DNA from: Chiloscyllium plagiosum
Lineage: Eukaryota
Length of the DNA: 64,000 nt
NCBI RefSeq assembly: GCF_004010195.1
Contig: NC_057718.1
Coordinates: 28,682,277-28,746,276, forward strand
Direction of reading: 5' to 3'
Both the position numbers and the translations under genes were made by a program. Under the pieces are notes generated by a model. The model did no database searches, had not been told where the DNA came from, and was given only the letters and a program-made list of their open reading frames with translations. Positions 23,609 to 37,336 of the stretch are shown here, one piece after another. The stretch's first letter is position 1; each line of letters starts with the position of its first letter.

Positions 23609-26600
23609 AGAACATAGAATATAGAACATAGAAAAGTACAGCACAGAACAGACCCTTTGGCCCACGACGTTGTGTCGACATTTAATCCTAATGTAAAATA
23701 TAGTAACTTAACCTACACACCCCTCAACTCACTGCTATCCATGTGCATGTCCAGCAATTGCTTAAATGTCCCTAATGACTCTACTTCCACCACCACAGCA
23801 AGCAATGCATTCCATGCATTCACAACTCTCTGCATAAAGAACCTACCTCTGACGTCTCCTTTATACCTTCCTCCTAATATCTTTAAATTATGACTTCTCA
23901 TACCAGTCAATCCTGCCTGGGGAAGAGTCTCTGGCTATTGACTCTATCTATTCCATTCATTACCTTGTATACCTCGATCAGGTCTCCTCTCTACCTCCTT
24001 TTTTCCAGAAGGAAAAGTCCGAGCTTATCCAACCTTTCTTCATGAGGCAAGCCCTCCAGTCCAGGTAGCATCCTGGTAAACCTTCTTCAATGCAACAAAC
24101 TTCACTCATTCAATCAGTGAAACAAAATACATTCATTCATTCAGTGAATCAAACTGTATTCTTACACTCAGTGAAACAATCTTTAATCATTCATTCAGTG
24201 AACAAAACTACATTCATTCATTCATTGAATCAAACTTCATTCATTCATTCAGTGACTCAAGCTACAAAGCCTCTGTATCTTTCCTATAGTAGGGCGACCA
24301 GAACTGGACACAATATTCCAAGCGTGGTCTCACCAGGGATTTGTAGAGCTGCAGCAAAACCTCGCGGCTCTTAAACTCATTCCCCTATTAATGAAAGCCA
24401 AAACACCATATGCTCTCTTAACAACCCTATCCACTTGGGTGGCAACTTTGAAGGATCTATGTACTTGCACACTGAGATCCCTCAGTTCCTCCACACATCC
24501 AAGAATCCTGTCTTTAATCCTGTATTCAGCATTCGAATTCGACCTTCCAAAATACATCAGTTCCAATTTACCCAGGTTGAACTTCATCTGCCATTTCTCA
24601 GCCCAGCTCTGCAGCCTGTCTATGTCGCGCTGTAGCCTGCAGTAGCCCTCTATACTATTGATGACGTCTCCAACCTTTGTGTCATCTGCAAATTTACTAA
24701 CCCACCCCTCAACCTCCTCAACCAAGTCATTTATAAAAACTACAAAGAGCAGAGGCCCTAGAACACAGCCCTGCAGGACCCCACTCAACACTGACCTCCA
24801 GGCAGAATACTTTCCACCTCCAACCACTCTCTGCCTTCTGTCAGCCAGCCAATTCTGAATCCAGATAGCCAAATCTCCCTGTATCCCATACTTCCTGATT
24901 TTATGAATGAACCTACCATGGGAAACCTTATCAAATGCCTTGCTGAAGTCCATATACACCACAGCCACTGCTCGACTGTCGCCAACCTTTCTTGACACCT
25001 CCTCAAAGAACTCAATAAGATTTGTGAGGCATGTCCTTCCCCTCACAAAGCCATGCTGACTGCCTTTAATCACACTATGCTTTGCCTATTAGTCATAAAT
25101 CCTATCCCTCAGAATTCTTTCCAAAACTTTGCTGACCACAGACGTAAGACTGATGGGTCTGTAATTGCCAGGGATTTCCCTATTACCGTTCTTGAAAAGA
25201 GAAATAACATTTGCCTCCTTCCAATCCTCCAGTACGACTCCTGTGGAGAGGGAAGAGGCAAATATCCTTGCCAGCAGCTTAGCAACCTCCTTTCTCGCTT
25301 CCTGGATCACCCTAGGATAAATCTGGTCTGGCCCTGGGGACTTATCAATCTTAATGTTTCCCAAACTTTCCAGCACATTAACTTCATCAATCTTGATCTG
25401 GTCAAGACTGTATCCCAGCTCCTCTAAGTTTTCATTTACAACAAGTTTCCTTTCCTTGGGGAAAACCGAAGCAAAAAAACTAATTTAGGACTTCCCCTAT
25501 CTGCTCAGACTCCACGCACAAGTTCCCTCCCCTATCCCTGATCATTCTCATATTCCTCACGTATGAGTGAAATGCCTTTGGGTTCTCCCTATTCCTTCTT
25601 GCCAAGACTTTTTCATGCCCCCTCCTGGCTTTCCTCAGACCATTTCTGAGCTCCTTTCTAGCAAGTCTGTAATCCTCTAAAGCTGTGCTGGATCCTTGCT
25701 TCCTCCACCTTACGTAAGCTGCCTTCTTCTTTTTGATGAGAAGTTTCTCTGTTCTCATCATCCAAGGTTCCTTAATCTTACCCCTTCTTACCTGTCTCAG
25801 AGGAACAAATTCATGCATCACTCGCAACAACTGCTCCTTAAAACATTCTCCACATGTCTGCTGTGTCCTTTCTGTGGAAAAATTGCTCCCAGTCTGTACT
25901 TCCCAACTCCTGTCTGATAGCGTCATAATTTCCTTTTTTTCCAATTAAATATCTTCCCTCGGTAACTGCTCCTTTCACTCTCCAAGGCTATGCTAAATGT
26001 GAGGCAGTTGTGATCACTTTCACCAAAGCACTCTCCCACTGCGAGATCTGACACCTGTTGCTGAGCTCCAAATCCAAAATGGCCTCTCCCCTCATCGGTC
26101 TGCCTACATAGTGAGTAAGGAAACCCTCCTGAACACACCTGACAAAAATGGATCCACCCAAACCATCTGCACTTAGGAGGTCGATATTGGGAAAGTTGAA
26201 ATCACCCATAACAACAACCCTGCTACTTCTGCATTTTTTAAGAATCTGTCCGCCTATGAGATCTTCAATCTCTCTATTGCTATTAAGTAGTCTGTAGAAA
26301 ACCCCCAATATGGTGGCTGTTCCCTTGCTGTTCCTAACTTCCACCCATACTGACTCAGTCGACAAACCTTCCTCAACAACCTTCGTTTCTATAGCTATGA
26401 TGCATTCTCTGATTAGCAATGCTACACCCCCTCCTATTTTTTCATCCTCCCTGTTCTTTTTAAACATCTAAACCCTGGAACATCAAGCAACCATTCCTGC
26501 CCCTGTGAAGCCCATGTCTCCGTTATGCCACAACATCATAGCCCCAAGTACTGATCCATGATCTAAGTTTGTCACTCTTATTTCGGACACTCCTTGCATT

Positions 26601-26660
26601 AAAGTAGACACACTTTAACTGATCCCTTTGTTTCATCGTGTGAGAAACCTTCCTGATAGA
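23609..26660 (-). mobile_element. CR1 LINE ORF2 and 3' end, decayed (element continues at 27540-28125)
   Basis: ORFs 25988..26467 (APE), 25480..25944, 25089..25376, 24330..25073 (RT, FADD), 23713..23910; (TTCTATG)n tail at 23609. Confidence 0.93.
24087..24265. repeat. 27-bp minisatellite, ~6.5 copies, inserted in CR1
   Basis: TCAGTGA anchors at 24114, 24141, 24168, 24195, 24222, 24249; consensus approximately TTCATTCATTCAGTGAATCAAACTACA. Confidence 0.92.
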
Positions 26661-26667
26661 TTCAATT

Positions 26668-27538
26668 AGATAGTGACGAAGGATGTAGTAGGTTGCAGAG
26701 AGACATAGATAGGATGCAGAGCTGGGCTGAGAGGTAGCAAATGGAGTTTAATGTGGACAAGTGTGAGGTGATACACTTTGGACGGAGTAATTGGAATGCA
26801 AAGTACTGGGCTAATGGTAAGATTCTTAGGAGTGCAGATGAACAGAGAGATCTCGGTGTCCATGTACACAGAACCCTAAAAGTTGCCACCCAGATTGATA
26901 GGGTTGTTAAGAAGGCATACAGTGTTTTGGCCTTTATTAATAGAGGGATTGAGTTCCGGAACCAGGAGGTTTTGCTGCAGCTGTACAAAGCTCTGGTACG
27001 GCCACACTTGGAGTATTGTGTACAGCTCTGGTCACCGCATTATAAGAAGGATGTGGAAGCTTTGGAAAGGGTGCAGAGGAGATTTACTAGGATGTTACCT
27101 GGTAAGGAAGGAATGTCTTATGAGGAAAGGCTGAGGGCCTTGAGGCTGTTCTCGTTAGAGAGAAAATGGTTGAGAGGTGACTTAATAGAGACATACAAGA
27201 TAATCAGAGGGTAGATAGGGTGGACAGGGAGAGCCTTTTTCAAAGTATGGAGACGGCAAGCATGAGGGGACACAACTATAAAGTGAGGGGAGATAGGTAT
27301 AAGACAGATGTCAGAGGTAGTTTCTTTACTCAGAAAGTAGTAAGGGTATGGAATGCTTTGCCTGCAACAGTAGTAGATTCGCCAAGTTTAAGTGCATTTA
27401 AGTCGTCATTGGATAGGCACATGGATGTACATGGAATAGTGTAGGTGGGATGGGCTTCAGATTAGTATGACAGGGCGGCGCAACAATGCGGGCCAAAAGG
27501 CCTGTACTGTGCTGTAATGTTCTATGTTCTATGTTCTA
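26668..27538 (+). mobile_element. Younger 5'-truncated CR1, nested in opposite orientation within an older CR1
   Basis: ORFs 26741..27214 and 27220..27444; closely similar to the reverse complement of 5106-5970; GTTCTATGTTCT tail. Confidence 0.92.
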
Positions 27539-27539
27539 A

Positions 27540-28125
27540 TACATCCTGTCACTGCCTCACCTGCAACTGACCCCCTCTCAGACATGTGGCTCTGATTTCC
27601 ACCCCCCCTGCCAAACTAGTTTACATCCTCCCAAATCATATGAGCTAACCTACCACCCAGGACATTTGTGCCCCTCCAGTTCAGGTGCAACCCATCCTTC
27701 ATGTACAGGTCTCAACTTCCCCCAATGGTCTGATATCTGAAGCCCTCCCTCCTGTACCAGCCTCGCAGCCAGGTGTTAAGCTGCATTCACTGACTGTTCC
27801 TCATCTCACTATCTTGTGGCACCGGTAGCAAATCTGAGATCACTACTCTACTCGTCCTGCTCTTCAGCTTCCAACCTAGCTCACTTTTCAGATCTTCAAT
27901 CCCTTTCCTGGCTATATCATTGGTGCCAATATGTACCACGATTTCTGGCTGCTCACCCTGCCCCTTCAGAATCTTGTAAACCCGATCGGTGACATCCCGG
28001 ACCCTGGCACCGGGGAGGCAACATACCTTCTTGGAATCCCGTTCCTGACCACAAACTCTCCTGTCAATCCATCTATCTATTGAGTCCCCTACCACTAGCG
28101 CTTTTCTATTTTACCCCCTTCCCTT
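27540..28125 (-). mobile_element. CR1 ORF1 esterase region (continuation of 23609-26660)
   Basis: ORF 27787..28095 contains VGDSI, CLPGARVRDV and VHIGTND. Confidence 0.88.
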
Positions 28126-30305
28126 AGAATACTAGGAAGGGGAGAAGCCAACCATGATTAACCATAGAAGTTAAAGAAAGCACCAAATTGAAAGAAAAGC
28201 CACATATGTGGGAAAGACGACTAGTAAGCCAGAGGATTGTGAAAATTTTTAAATCCAATCAAAGACCACCAAGGAAAGGGAGAAAATAAGCTTTGAGGGT
28301 AAACTTGCAGGTAATATCAAGACCAACCATAAGAGATTCCATAGAGTTCCCTATGAAGAGGAAAAGAGAAGCCAAAGCGAATTTAGACCTTCTTAAAGAA
28401 TAAAGCTGGGGAAGTAATATGGGAAACTAGGAAATAGCAGAGGAGTTAATAAATACATTACATCAGCCTTAACAGTGGAAGACATCCCAAAATTAATAAA
28501 TAATCAAGTGACAATAGGAATTGAATTGAATTGAATTGAATTTATTGTCACGTGTACCAAGACACAGTGAAAAGCTTTGTCTTGCGAGTAATACAATCAG
28601 ATCACAGAGTTAAGTAGCATAGATAGGTAAATAATAGGTAAACAGCGGCAAAAACAAAAACACAAGTACAGGCGAATGCTAAGAGTTTGTGAGTCCATTC
28701 AGTATTCTAACAGTAGGGTAGAAATTGTTTCGAAACCGGCTGTGTGTTCAGGCTTCTGTATCTTCTCCCCAATGGTCGAGATTGTAGAAAAACATTGCCA
28801 GGGTGGGATGGATCTTTGAGAATGCTGGCAGCCTTTCCTTGACAGTGGGCCTGGTAGATGGATTATATCGATGGGAGGCTGGCCTTTGTGATTGTCTGGG
28901 CTGAGTTCACCACTCTCTGTAACCGTTTCCAATCTAGAATGGTAGTACAGAAGAGAGGAAATGAATATAATAACTACCACTATAGAAAAAATGTTATGAA
29001 AATTATTGGGGCTAAAGACAGATATGTTTCCTGGACTTGATGGGATGAGTCCTAGGATATTAAAGGAAATAGTGCCAGAGATAGTGAATGCATTGGCAGT
29101 AAACTTCCAGGATCCTGAGACTGTGGAAAGTCCCAGATGATTGGAAAACTGCTAATGTGGACACCTTTATTGAACAAAAAGGGAAGAAGACAAAAAAAAA
29201 GGCAGTTAGCTTAATGGCTGTTATCGGGAAAATATTAGGTGTAATAGATGTAACAAAAAAGATGTAATAGCAGAGTATTTACAAATGCATAATATGATCA
29301 AACAGTCAGCATGGCTTCATGAAGTGGAAATTATGCCTGAGAAATTTATTAAAATTTGTTCCAGAGTTAACAAGCTGCAAAGATGAAGGGGAAGCACCTG
29401 GATATAACATATTTTTGGATTTTCAAAAGACATTTGATAAGGAACCACACATTTATAAGATAATAAGATAAAGCCCGTGGTGTTGGAGCCAGTATATTAG
29501 CGTGGATAGAGGATTGGCTAACTAATAGAAGAGTTTGCAATAAGGGGGCCATTTTCAAGTTGGCAGCCTGAAACTAGTGCTGTGCCACAATTATTTACAA
29601 TATACATTAATTACTTGGATGAGGAAAGTGAAAGTAATATCAGCTTTGTACATTTTGTGGATGATACAAAAATAGATGGGAAGGCAAATGTTGAGTATGA
29701 CACAAAGTATCTGCAGAGGGATGTGGACAAGGTTAAGTGATTGGGCAAACGTTTAGAAGGTGAAATATAATGTGGGAAATGTGAGGAAGAATAGAGAAGC
29801 TGAATATTAATTAAGTAGAGAAAGACTGCAAAAAAAACACCGAATAAAGAGATTTATGAATCTTTGTCCATGAAATACAAAAAGCTAACATCTAAATTCA
29901 GTGAGTAACAGGGGCAGCAAATGAATTTTAAAGGGAATCGATTATAAAAGTAGGGAGTTTTGCTAAAATGATGTAAGGCCCTCGTCAGACCACAGTTGGA
30001 ATACTGTGAATAGTTTTGGGCCCCTTATCTAAGGAAAGATATACTGACATTGGAGAGAGTCCAGAGAAGATTCATGACACTAATACCAGGTTTGGAAAGA
30101 CAGTTTTAAGAGGAAAGACTGTGTAGATTGCACCTGTACTCATTGAAATACAGAAGAAAGAGAGGTGACCTTACTGAAAGACATAAGATTCTTAGATGAC
30201 TTGGCAGGGTAGATGTAGAATGTGGGTGGGTCTAGGACCAGAGAGAATAATTGTAGGATAAGGGCTCTCACATTTAACAAGAGATGAAGAGGAATTTCTA
30301 TGTAG
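28126..30305 (+). mobile_element. Old, degraded CR1 ORF2 fragment (interrupted by Rex1/Babar)
   Basis: Remnants of QHGF, DFQKTFDK, FVDDTK and the C-terminal region; many stops. Confidence 0.8.
28518..28945 (-). mobile_element. Rex1/Babar-type LINE 3' end
   Basis: Minus-strand peptide RKAASILKDPSHPGNVFLQ...GRRYRSL typical of the Rex1/Babar C-terminus; (ATTCA)n tail at 28518-28543. Confidence 0.75.
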
Positions 30306-30907
30306 AATTTCTTTAGTGCATCTTTCAGATAGTACACACTACCGCTACAGCATATTGCTTCACTTCAATATCTGTGTTGAAAGCCTGCTGCAGCATGTGA
30401 AAACAAGAGGAACAAGGCGTATACAGGGCAGTGCATCCTGCTGACACCTTTGATCCTTGTCCTACATTACATTACCCTATATCTTTTTCATTAATCTCTA
30501 TGTCCAAAAATCTTTCGGTGTGAATGAAATAATCAGCGCTGTTTGTGGCCAGGAGGTTCACAGCAAAGGTAGCCAATGCATTCAGAGGGTCAGAGATGAG
30601 GAACCCCACAGGTTTGGTTGGTGTACAATACACGAGCTTATGAGTAATTTTATTTCCTTTTAAAGGGCCTCACGTTCGTGGGACTTACAGCCTCATCCCG
30701 GACTTATAGAATCACTTACCCCATCTGCTCCAAGTGTGGACTCAGCCATTTTTGGCCCCATTGTAAACTTTTGCTTTTCAACATGTTAAAAGGTGACATG
30801 CAGTACTTTTCAGCAACTGGCCTCCAGCCTCCATGTCTGCCTATCAGTGAGCCTCCAAATATCCAAATCCCCTTTGTGTAAAACCCCATAGGCTTTACAC
30901 AAACCCA

Positions 30908-30967
30908 TGCGGAGTGGACTCGATGGGCCGAATGGCCTTACTTCCGCTCCTATGTCATATGGTCTTA
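30908..30967 (+). mobile_element. Very short CR1 3' tail insertion
   Basis: GGAGTGGACTCGATGGGCCGAATGGCCTTACTTCCGCTCCTATG, nearly identical to 46250-46308. Confidence 0.8.
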
Positions 30968-30999
30968 CATTTCCCAAGGTCCTGATCCAACCTTTTGTT

Positions 31000-31955
31000 T
31001 ATTTTCACTCATGGGATATTGGCATCACTTGCTGGCCAGCATTTATTGCCTACCTCTAGTTGCCCTTGAGAAGATGGTAGTGAGCTGTCTTCTTGAATTG
31101 CTGCAGTCTGTGTGTTGTACAAGTTATCCCACAATGCCTTTCGAGAGGGAATTCAAGATTTTGAGTCAGCACACTGAAGGAATGGTGATATATTTCAAAA
31201 GCAGGATGGTGAGTGTCTTGGTTGGGAACTTGCAAATGGTGGTGTTCCTGTGTATCTATTACCTTTATCTATCTAGATGGAAGTGGTCATGGGTTTGAAA
31301 GTGCTGCAAAATATCTTTGGTGAATTTCTGCAGTGTATCTTGTAGATGGTACACATTGCTGCTACTGAGGAGGAAGTGGATGCTTGTAGATGTAGTGCCA
31401 ATCAAGCAGGCTGCTTTGTCCTGGAACATGTCAAGTTTTTTGAATTGTTGGGGCTGCATTCATCCAGACAAATGGGGAATATTCCATCACACTCCTGATT
31501 TGTGCCTTGTACTTGGTGGACAGGCTTTGGAGAGTCCGGAGATGTGTTACTTGCTTCAGCATTCATGTCTTTGACCTGCTCTTATAGCCATTGTATTTAT
31601 TTGGCTAGCCCAGTCCAGTTGAGGTTCTGGTCAATGGTAACCCAGTATGTTGATCGTAGGGAACTCAGTGATGGTAATGCCATTGAATGTCATGGGGCAA
31701 TGGTTAGTTTGTCTCTTATTGGAGATGGTCATTGTCTAGCATTTGAGTGGCATGACTATTACTTTCCCTAAGTCTGGATATTCTCCAGATTTTGTTGTAT
31801 TTGAACCAGGGCTACTTCAGTATATGAGGAGTTGCGAATGGTGCTGAATATTGTGCAATCATCAGTGAACATCCTATTTCTGACTTTATGATAAGGGTGA
31901 AGGTCATTGATGAAGTAGCTGAAATTGGTTGGGTGTAGGACACTACTCTGAAGGA
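31000..31955 (-). mobile_element. CR1-group LINE of a second lineage, 3' part
   Basis: KKLDMFQDKAACLIGTTSTSIH C-terminal peptide and FADD-region remnants; related pieces at 38565-38740, 58090-58505 and 63440-63830. Confidence 0.7.
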
Positions 31956-34274
31956 CCTGTCTGCATGACTCTGCACCTGCTCATTTTTACCCCCTGGCAT
32001 ATGAGGTGGGTATGACGGGTGTGGCCATACACAGTTCTCTCCCCTTGAAGCTGAGGTGCACCTGACCATGGGTGAATATCTGTTCTGCTTGCACCCCCTT
32101 TCCATCTATGCTTTACCATATCCCCCCATTGGCAATACTGTTGCCCCCTTCACAACTGTCATGTCCTTTTCTCATAGCCTTCAACCCCTAATCATGGAGA
32201 ATAACATGTTGAATCTCTTTCACAAGGAAATAGTGCTCTAGTCACCCCAACTCCTCGTTCCCCTTAGTTTTTGTGGACAAACCCAAAGGACTGATCATGG
32301 CCCAACCCTGAATAGCCAAAGCAGGCAGACTCAGATGAGAAGAAGTGCTGAGACTCCTGACCAGGGGATTATACAATCACATTAACCCCTACCCCTTGGG
32401 CTGGCTGCTATGGAGCCATAGAACTGACTGTGATCCATTCTCCTGTCTGCAGAGACATAGCTGATTGAGAACACTCTACCTGGACATCTGACCATTGCCA
32501 ATGCCTTAGACTGGTATTGGATGTTGTCCTGACTGATTGGTGCCTTCAGTGAGGTCCACTCCCCTAAGACATTGAACTGTGGCTGCTTGCTGCATTTGCT
32601 CTGTGCATTTGCTGCATAATTTGCTGGCACATGTTGGCAGGTCTGAGAATGACGTAGCACTCTGCCACACAGCAAGAAGTCTTTGCCCTTGACTGAGGAC
32701 TGCTACCAGTAAGGCATGCTGCCTAGTTGTATGACTGCGCAACTTGATATGGCAAGGAAAGCAAGGCATGGATGGTGTGCACATGTAGATAGGTGCTAAG
32801 TAAGCTAGCAGTAAGAGAGCAAGTGAAAGGCCCTGAGAGGCAACCTGGGCCAATCCTTGAGCTGGATACCAGTCCGTAAATGTGTCCTTGTTGCAGCCTT
32901 TCAATGATAGTTGCCAGTAAACTCTGAAATGCAGGTCTGTGCTCCTAATCTTCCTGCAAGCATTCAGAAAGTTGTTCTGATGGCCTTGAAGGGTTGGCAA
33001 ATACTGGATGGCAATGTCTGTGGACAAGTAGTGCAAGTGGATGGTGCTTGTGGGTCTTGCCATAGGATGGTTCTAAGCAACATGGAGATCCTTTGGAGCA
33101 AGTGATGAGCTGAAGTCACCAGGTACCCGTTCTGATTTTCATGGCAAGAAGTCTTGCTATCCAGTTTATTTGGTGGGTTTGGTAAGCTAGGTAGCTGAAT
33201 AGTAATGAAAAAAGTTGAGCTATAAATAAGCTGTTTAGCAGGTTATAATCTTGCCCCTTTAACTGGCAACTCACTGCTTATGTTGTGTGCAACCTGCCTC
33301 ACCACTCCGCAAAAGTATAAAAGATGGGAGATTGATGCTCCCAAACCTCAAGGTTGGCTTCGCCAGACTTCTTGTCCTAAATCGCGCGACGGCCCATGTC
33401 CTTGTGACCACAATAAAACTCCATTTATTGGGTTTGCCTCGTATTATATACAATACTTTGGCATAGTAACCTCCTAAAACCAGGCAAAACTCAATACGTT
33501 ATTCACTCCTGCTATAAATCACATTGCGTACCAATTTACATGACTTTGTATTTATTCATATTAAATTCACCTTCTTCCTTAGTCCATCTTTTCCATTTGA
33601 ATAGGCTTATTTTTGACTGCATGGGTCAACTGCATACAGGCTCTTGTCATTACCAAAGCTTTGTAATTTTGCAGTTTTCATTCAATATTGTTATTTCTAT
33701 GTTCCAGTTGCAACTGCTTCAAAATGCTGAGATTTCATTCTAATAATATGCAGATTAATATTCTAATTATTAAGATACAACACATATCATCATGTTAATG
33801 ACTTTGATTTTTCTCAGGAGCAATGCTTGAGTTGTCCTTCAGAAATTTGTGACATAACAGGGACTATTCCAAAGGGCATTTAAATATCAAACATATTGGA
33901 CCAGAGAAACTTGTAGGCTAGACTAGTTGCTTTTCTTTTCCTAAAGTACTAAAGAGTCATGATCACTTTTACTGGTAGCAGCATTTTATATTTATCTGAC
34001 ACTGTGGTGTTATGAATCCCTGGTCTCTGGGTTCCTATTTTCATAATATAGTTATTTTGTTCTGAGGTTATATAATCGGTTTTAGTATATGAAAAGCAAC
34101 TTAGGTCTGGTTAAGAGAACGGGGAAATAAGTGATGTATGAACTGTTGTGTCAGTTTTTACATTCTAACTATGAATTCTAAAAGTCTTATCATGGATAGC
34201 AAAACTTCTTCCTAATATTTCATAAAAATATATTTGTGTGTATTATTCTGACATTTTTTTTGCTGATCTTCAAG

Positions 34275-34407
34275 CAAACAATCCAGAGTATGACAACAAG
34301 GACAAACTGCTATTGGGCCTGATATTGGGAATAGGACTCCCACTGCTGCTACTTCTACTGGCATTACCAATTTTCTACTATTGCATTCGAAGGAAAGTGA
34401 AAGCAGA
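34275..34407 (+). CDS. Host gene exon D: transmembrane helix
   Basis: Acceptor ttttttttgctgatcttcaag|, canonical donor GA|gtaagt; phase 1 to phase 2. Encodes (T)NNPEYDNKDKLLLGLILGIGLPLLLLLLALPIFYYCIRRKVKA, a hydrophobic run followed by a basic stop-transfer segment. Confidence 0.9.
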
Positions 34408-35549
34408 GTAAGTATGGTCACCTTTAAACACAAAGCGCTCTGCGGTAGAATTTGTCTTCAAACTGTCAACATTTGCTGTCACAACTCCTCTGAAATAGCC
34501 AATAACCTGTTGAGGTCACACTTGCATAGTCCAGGGTAGAGATCCAGAGACTGCAGCCCATGATTCTACACTGTTTCACAATTTAGGCACTTCTGAGATT
34601 CCACCTGAATACAATCAAATCTTTCCATGCTTACACTTTTAGCCACACTGTAAAAATTCCTGATAAAGTGCCACATTTTTAAAAACAATGTAATAAGGTT
34701 TTTAATTGTGTAATAGGTTGATAATTATTACTAAACAGCTTCAGTGATCCTGAATGAATAATTTTATATTTGTTAGATGTCAAGTTTCTCCATTACGATA
34801 AATATGATAGGTTTTAAAATATATAAAAAAAGTAAAAGTAATGCTATATAATATTTTAGCCTTTATAACAATTTTATATGTGGACACCTAGGATTTCTTT
34901 TGTTAAATGTAAAACTTTAAATTTAAAATGAGTGTTACTTTCTGGTTTTCTGACTGAAAATGTTTTCACTGCTTGATGACATAATTGTTGTTGGATACCG
35001 AGCGATCCCCCAGACTAGCACCAAATTTAAACTAATGTTGGGAAAGGAAAACTCCATGCCACCAGGACACCTACACCTTTGTACGTGACATCCTTTAAGG
35101 TCAGCAGTAAATGCCATTGCTTTAGTACTGACGGTGAAATCCAACACTACATACTTACAATAACTGCCTAATCAATTAATTTCCATGCTGAGCAAAAACA
35201 TTCGGTACTATAAATGGAACATAAAGATCAGGAAGATTCCAGCTCTGGTCTTAGGTCTGTGTTGAGTTAACTTTTTACCAGTACTTTAACACTGTACCAG
35301 TGATACAGAAATTAACATTAATTCTGTGCCATTGGGTTACTGTATGGAAAAAAAAACCACTTTGGTGAATACAATGCAGTGACCCAGCTGGAATTTGTGC
35401 ATGTATTGATGTCAGGTCAGGATCAAAGAAAGATCCAGAATTTCCTGGAAACTTACACCAGTGGAATGGTGAATCTATGGCATTGAGTTTTTTCCATAAA
35501 TTATTTTATTATAATTTATTTCATTATATATTCATGGATTTTTAAAATC

Positions 35550-36345
35550 ACTCTAGCAATACCATCATTAACTTCATGTCTATTTTGTCAATCCCCTTTA
35601 GCATCTTATCTAACTCACTTAGATCTCCTCTCATTCTTCTAAATTCTAGACAATGTAAGCCTAAACTGCTCAATTTCTCTTCATAAGACAAACACCTCAT
35701 CTCTGGAATCAATCTAGTGAATCTCCTCTGAACTGCCTCCAATGCAATTCTATCCCTCCTCAAGTAAGGGGACCAAACCTGTACACAATACTCCAGGTGC
35801 AGATGCACTAATGCCTTATACAGTTGTAGGAACATTTCAGGTATGGACTCAATGGGCTGAAGGGCCTCTTCACACTGTGTGATTCTATGATTCCCTACAT
35901 TTATATTCCATTCCTTTAGCAATAAATACCAAAATTCCATTTGCTTTCCTTATTACATGCTTTGCCTGCATACTAGTTTTCTGTGATTCACATACAAGGA
36001 CACCCAGAACTTCTACACTGAAGCACTCTGAAATTTCCCTCCAGATAATAAATTATTTTTCTATCTCCTGAATAAAATGTACAAGCTCAAACTTATCCAT
36101 TTTAAACTCCAACTGCCAAATTTTGGTCCATTCGCCTAACCTATCCATATCTGATTATAAATTCTTTCTACCTTTGTTGCAACTTACTTCCCACTTATTT
36201 TAGCGTCATCTGAAAATTTGGCTCCAGTATCTTCTATCCCTGCATTCAAGTCACATGTATACTTGTGGTCTGAGGATGAAGCCTTGTAGCATCCCACTTG
36301 TTGCATCCTGTCAACCAGAAAAAGACCCATTATCCCACCTCTGTT
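35550..36345 (-). mobile_element. CR1 ORF2 C-terminal fragment with short opposite-strand tail insert (35841-35892)
   Basis: ORF 35548..35940 LQLYKALVHLHLEYCVQVWSPYL; FSDDAK in ORF 36184..36462. Confidence 0.85.
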
Positions 36346-37139
36346 TTCTTTACTCACAGAACAAAACCATGTAATTAAACTCAGAGATTGTGCTATTCCA
36401 GATGATTCTGGGCCCAAATTTATCTGTGCTGCCATTTCTAGATTCCAGTGACATACTAGCACTCATTGTCTTCACTCACACATGTATAAATGGGCAGCTG
36501 GAGGCCATCAAACTATATCCTGGTGTGTTAGCATCCTCAGCAAAGAAGGAGAAAATAGTTGACTGATTAAAACAATTTAAATTGCTAAAGCACAGTTGCT
36601 ATACCAATAACATTTGTAAATAGTTAAAATTTAAAGATGTCAAGTGGATTTTGTTTAACAATATACAATGCTCAAACACATTTCAATGCACAGTTTTTAA
36701 AAGACAGAAACTTGGACCAAGTTAATGCTCTTTACAAGCCAGAAGATATTTCAGAGTGGTTGCATTTTGCCATATGGGAAAAGGAGGAAAGAGTATCTGG
36801 ATGGGGCACCAAAGATATTGTCAAAGAGGAGACTTTTATGCAGGGGTGTTGAAATCAGGTTCGGAAATTAATAGTCAGAGCGAAGTATGCAGAAAATTTA
36901 GAGGAAGCGGGCTTAATGACTGAAAAAAATGTCACTATGCTATATGCCTCTTCCTGTGTTGGGCAGAGGATTAAGTGTTAGTTTGGAGTGTGAAAGGAAA
37001 TCAAAGACAGACAACTGGTGTCGAAACAGCTGCAAATGAGATAAGGGATAGAGCAAGTATAATATGAAGAAACCCGAAGTAACATTCCCATTATTGCCAC
37101 TTACTAGGACCATAACTCACAGGCTGCCTGCAAAATCCA

Positions 37140-37336
37140 ATCGGAGAAAATGAGGACTGCAGATACTGGAGATCAGAGTCGAGAGTGTGTTGCTTAAAAA
37201 GCACAGCAGGTCAGGCAGCATCTGAGAGCAGAAGGATCGACGTTCCATGATTCCTGATGAAGGGCTTTTGCCCGAACCATCGATCCTCCTGCTCGTCAGG
37301 ATGCTGCCTGACCTGCTGTGCTTTTCCAGCACCACA
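37140..37336. mobile_element. PLE-derived fold-back insert with mutated hammerhead
   Basis: Inverted pLTR arms; 16-bp TSD CTGCCTGCAAAATCCA (37124-37139, 37337-37352); CTGATGA-AGGGC-TTTT-GCCC-GAACCATC at 37254-37281. Confidence 0.88.

Noticed and set aside
24087..24265. CRISPR-like array
   Set aside because: Contiguous tandem units with no unique spacers, in a eukaryotic context.
32382..33105. 185-aa and neighbouring ORFs
   Set aside because: No recognisable domain or splice context; probably a decayed unclassified repeat.
33819..33885. Acceptor-like ttttctcag followed by Cys-rich EQCLSCPSEIC
   Set aside because: Wrong phase for the gene model; the phase-1 reading hits a stop and no good donor follows.
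16925..34407. Assignment of the host gene to UMODL1, MUC13 or HEG1
   Set aside because: The architecture overlaps only partly (no ZP domain; a single EGF between SEA and TM) and I do not recognise the sequence, so no symbol is given.
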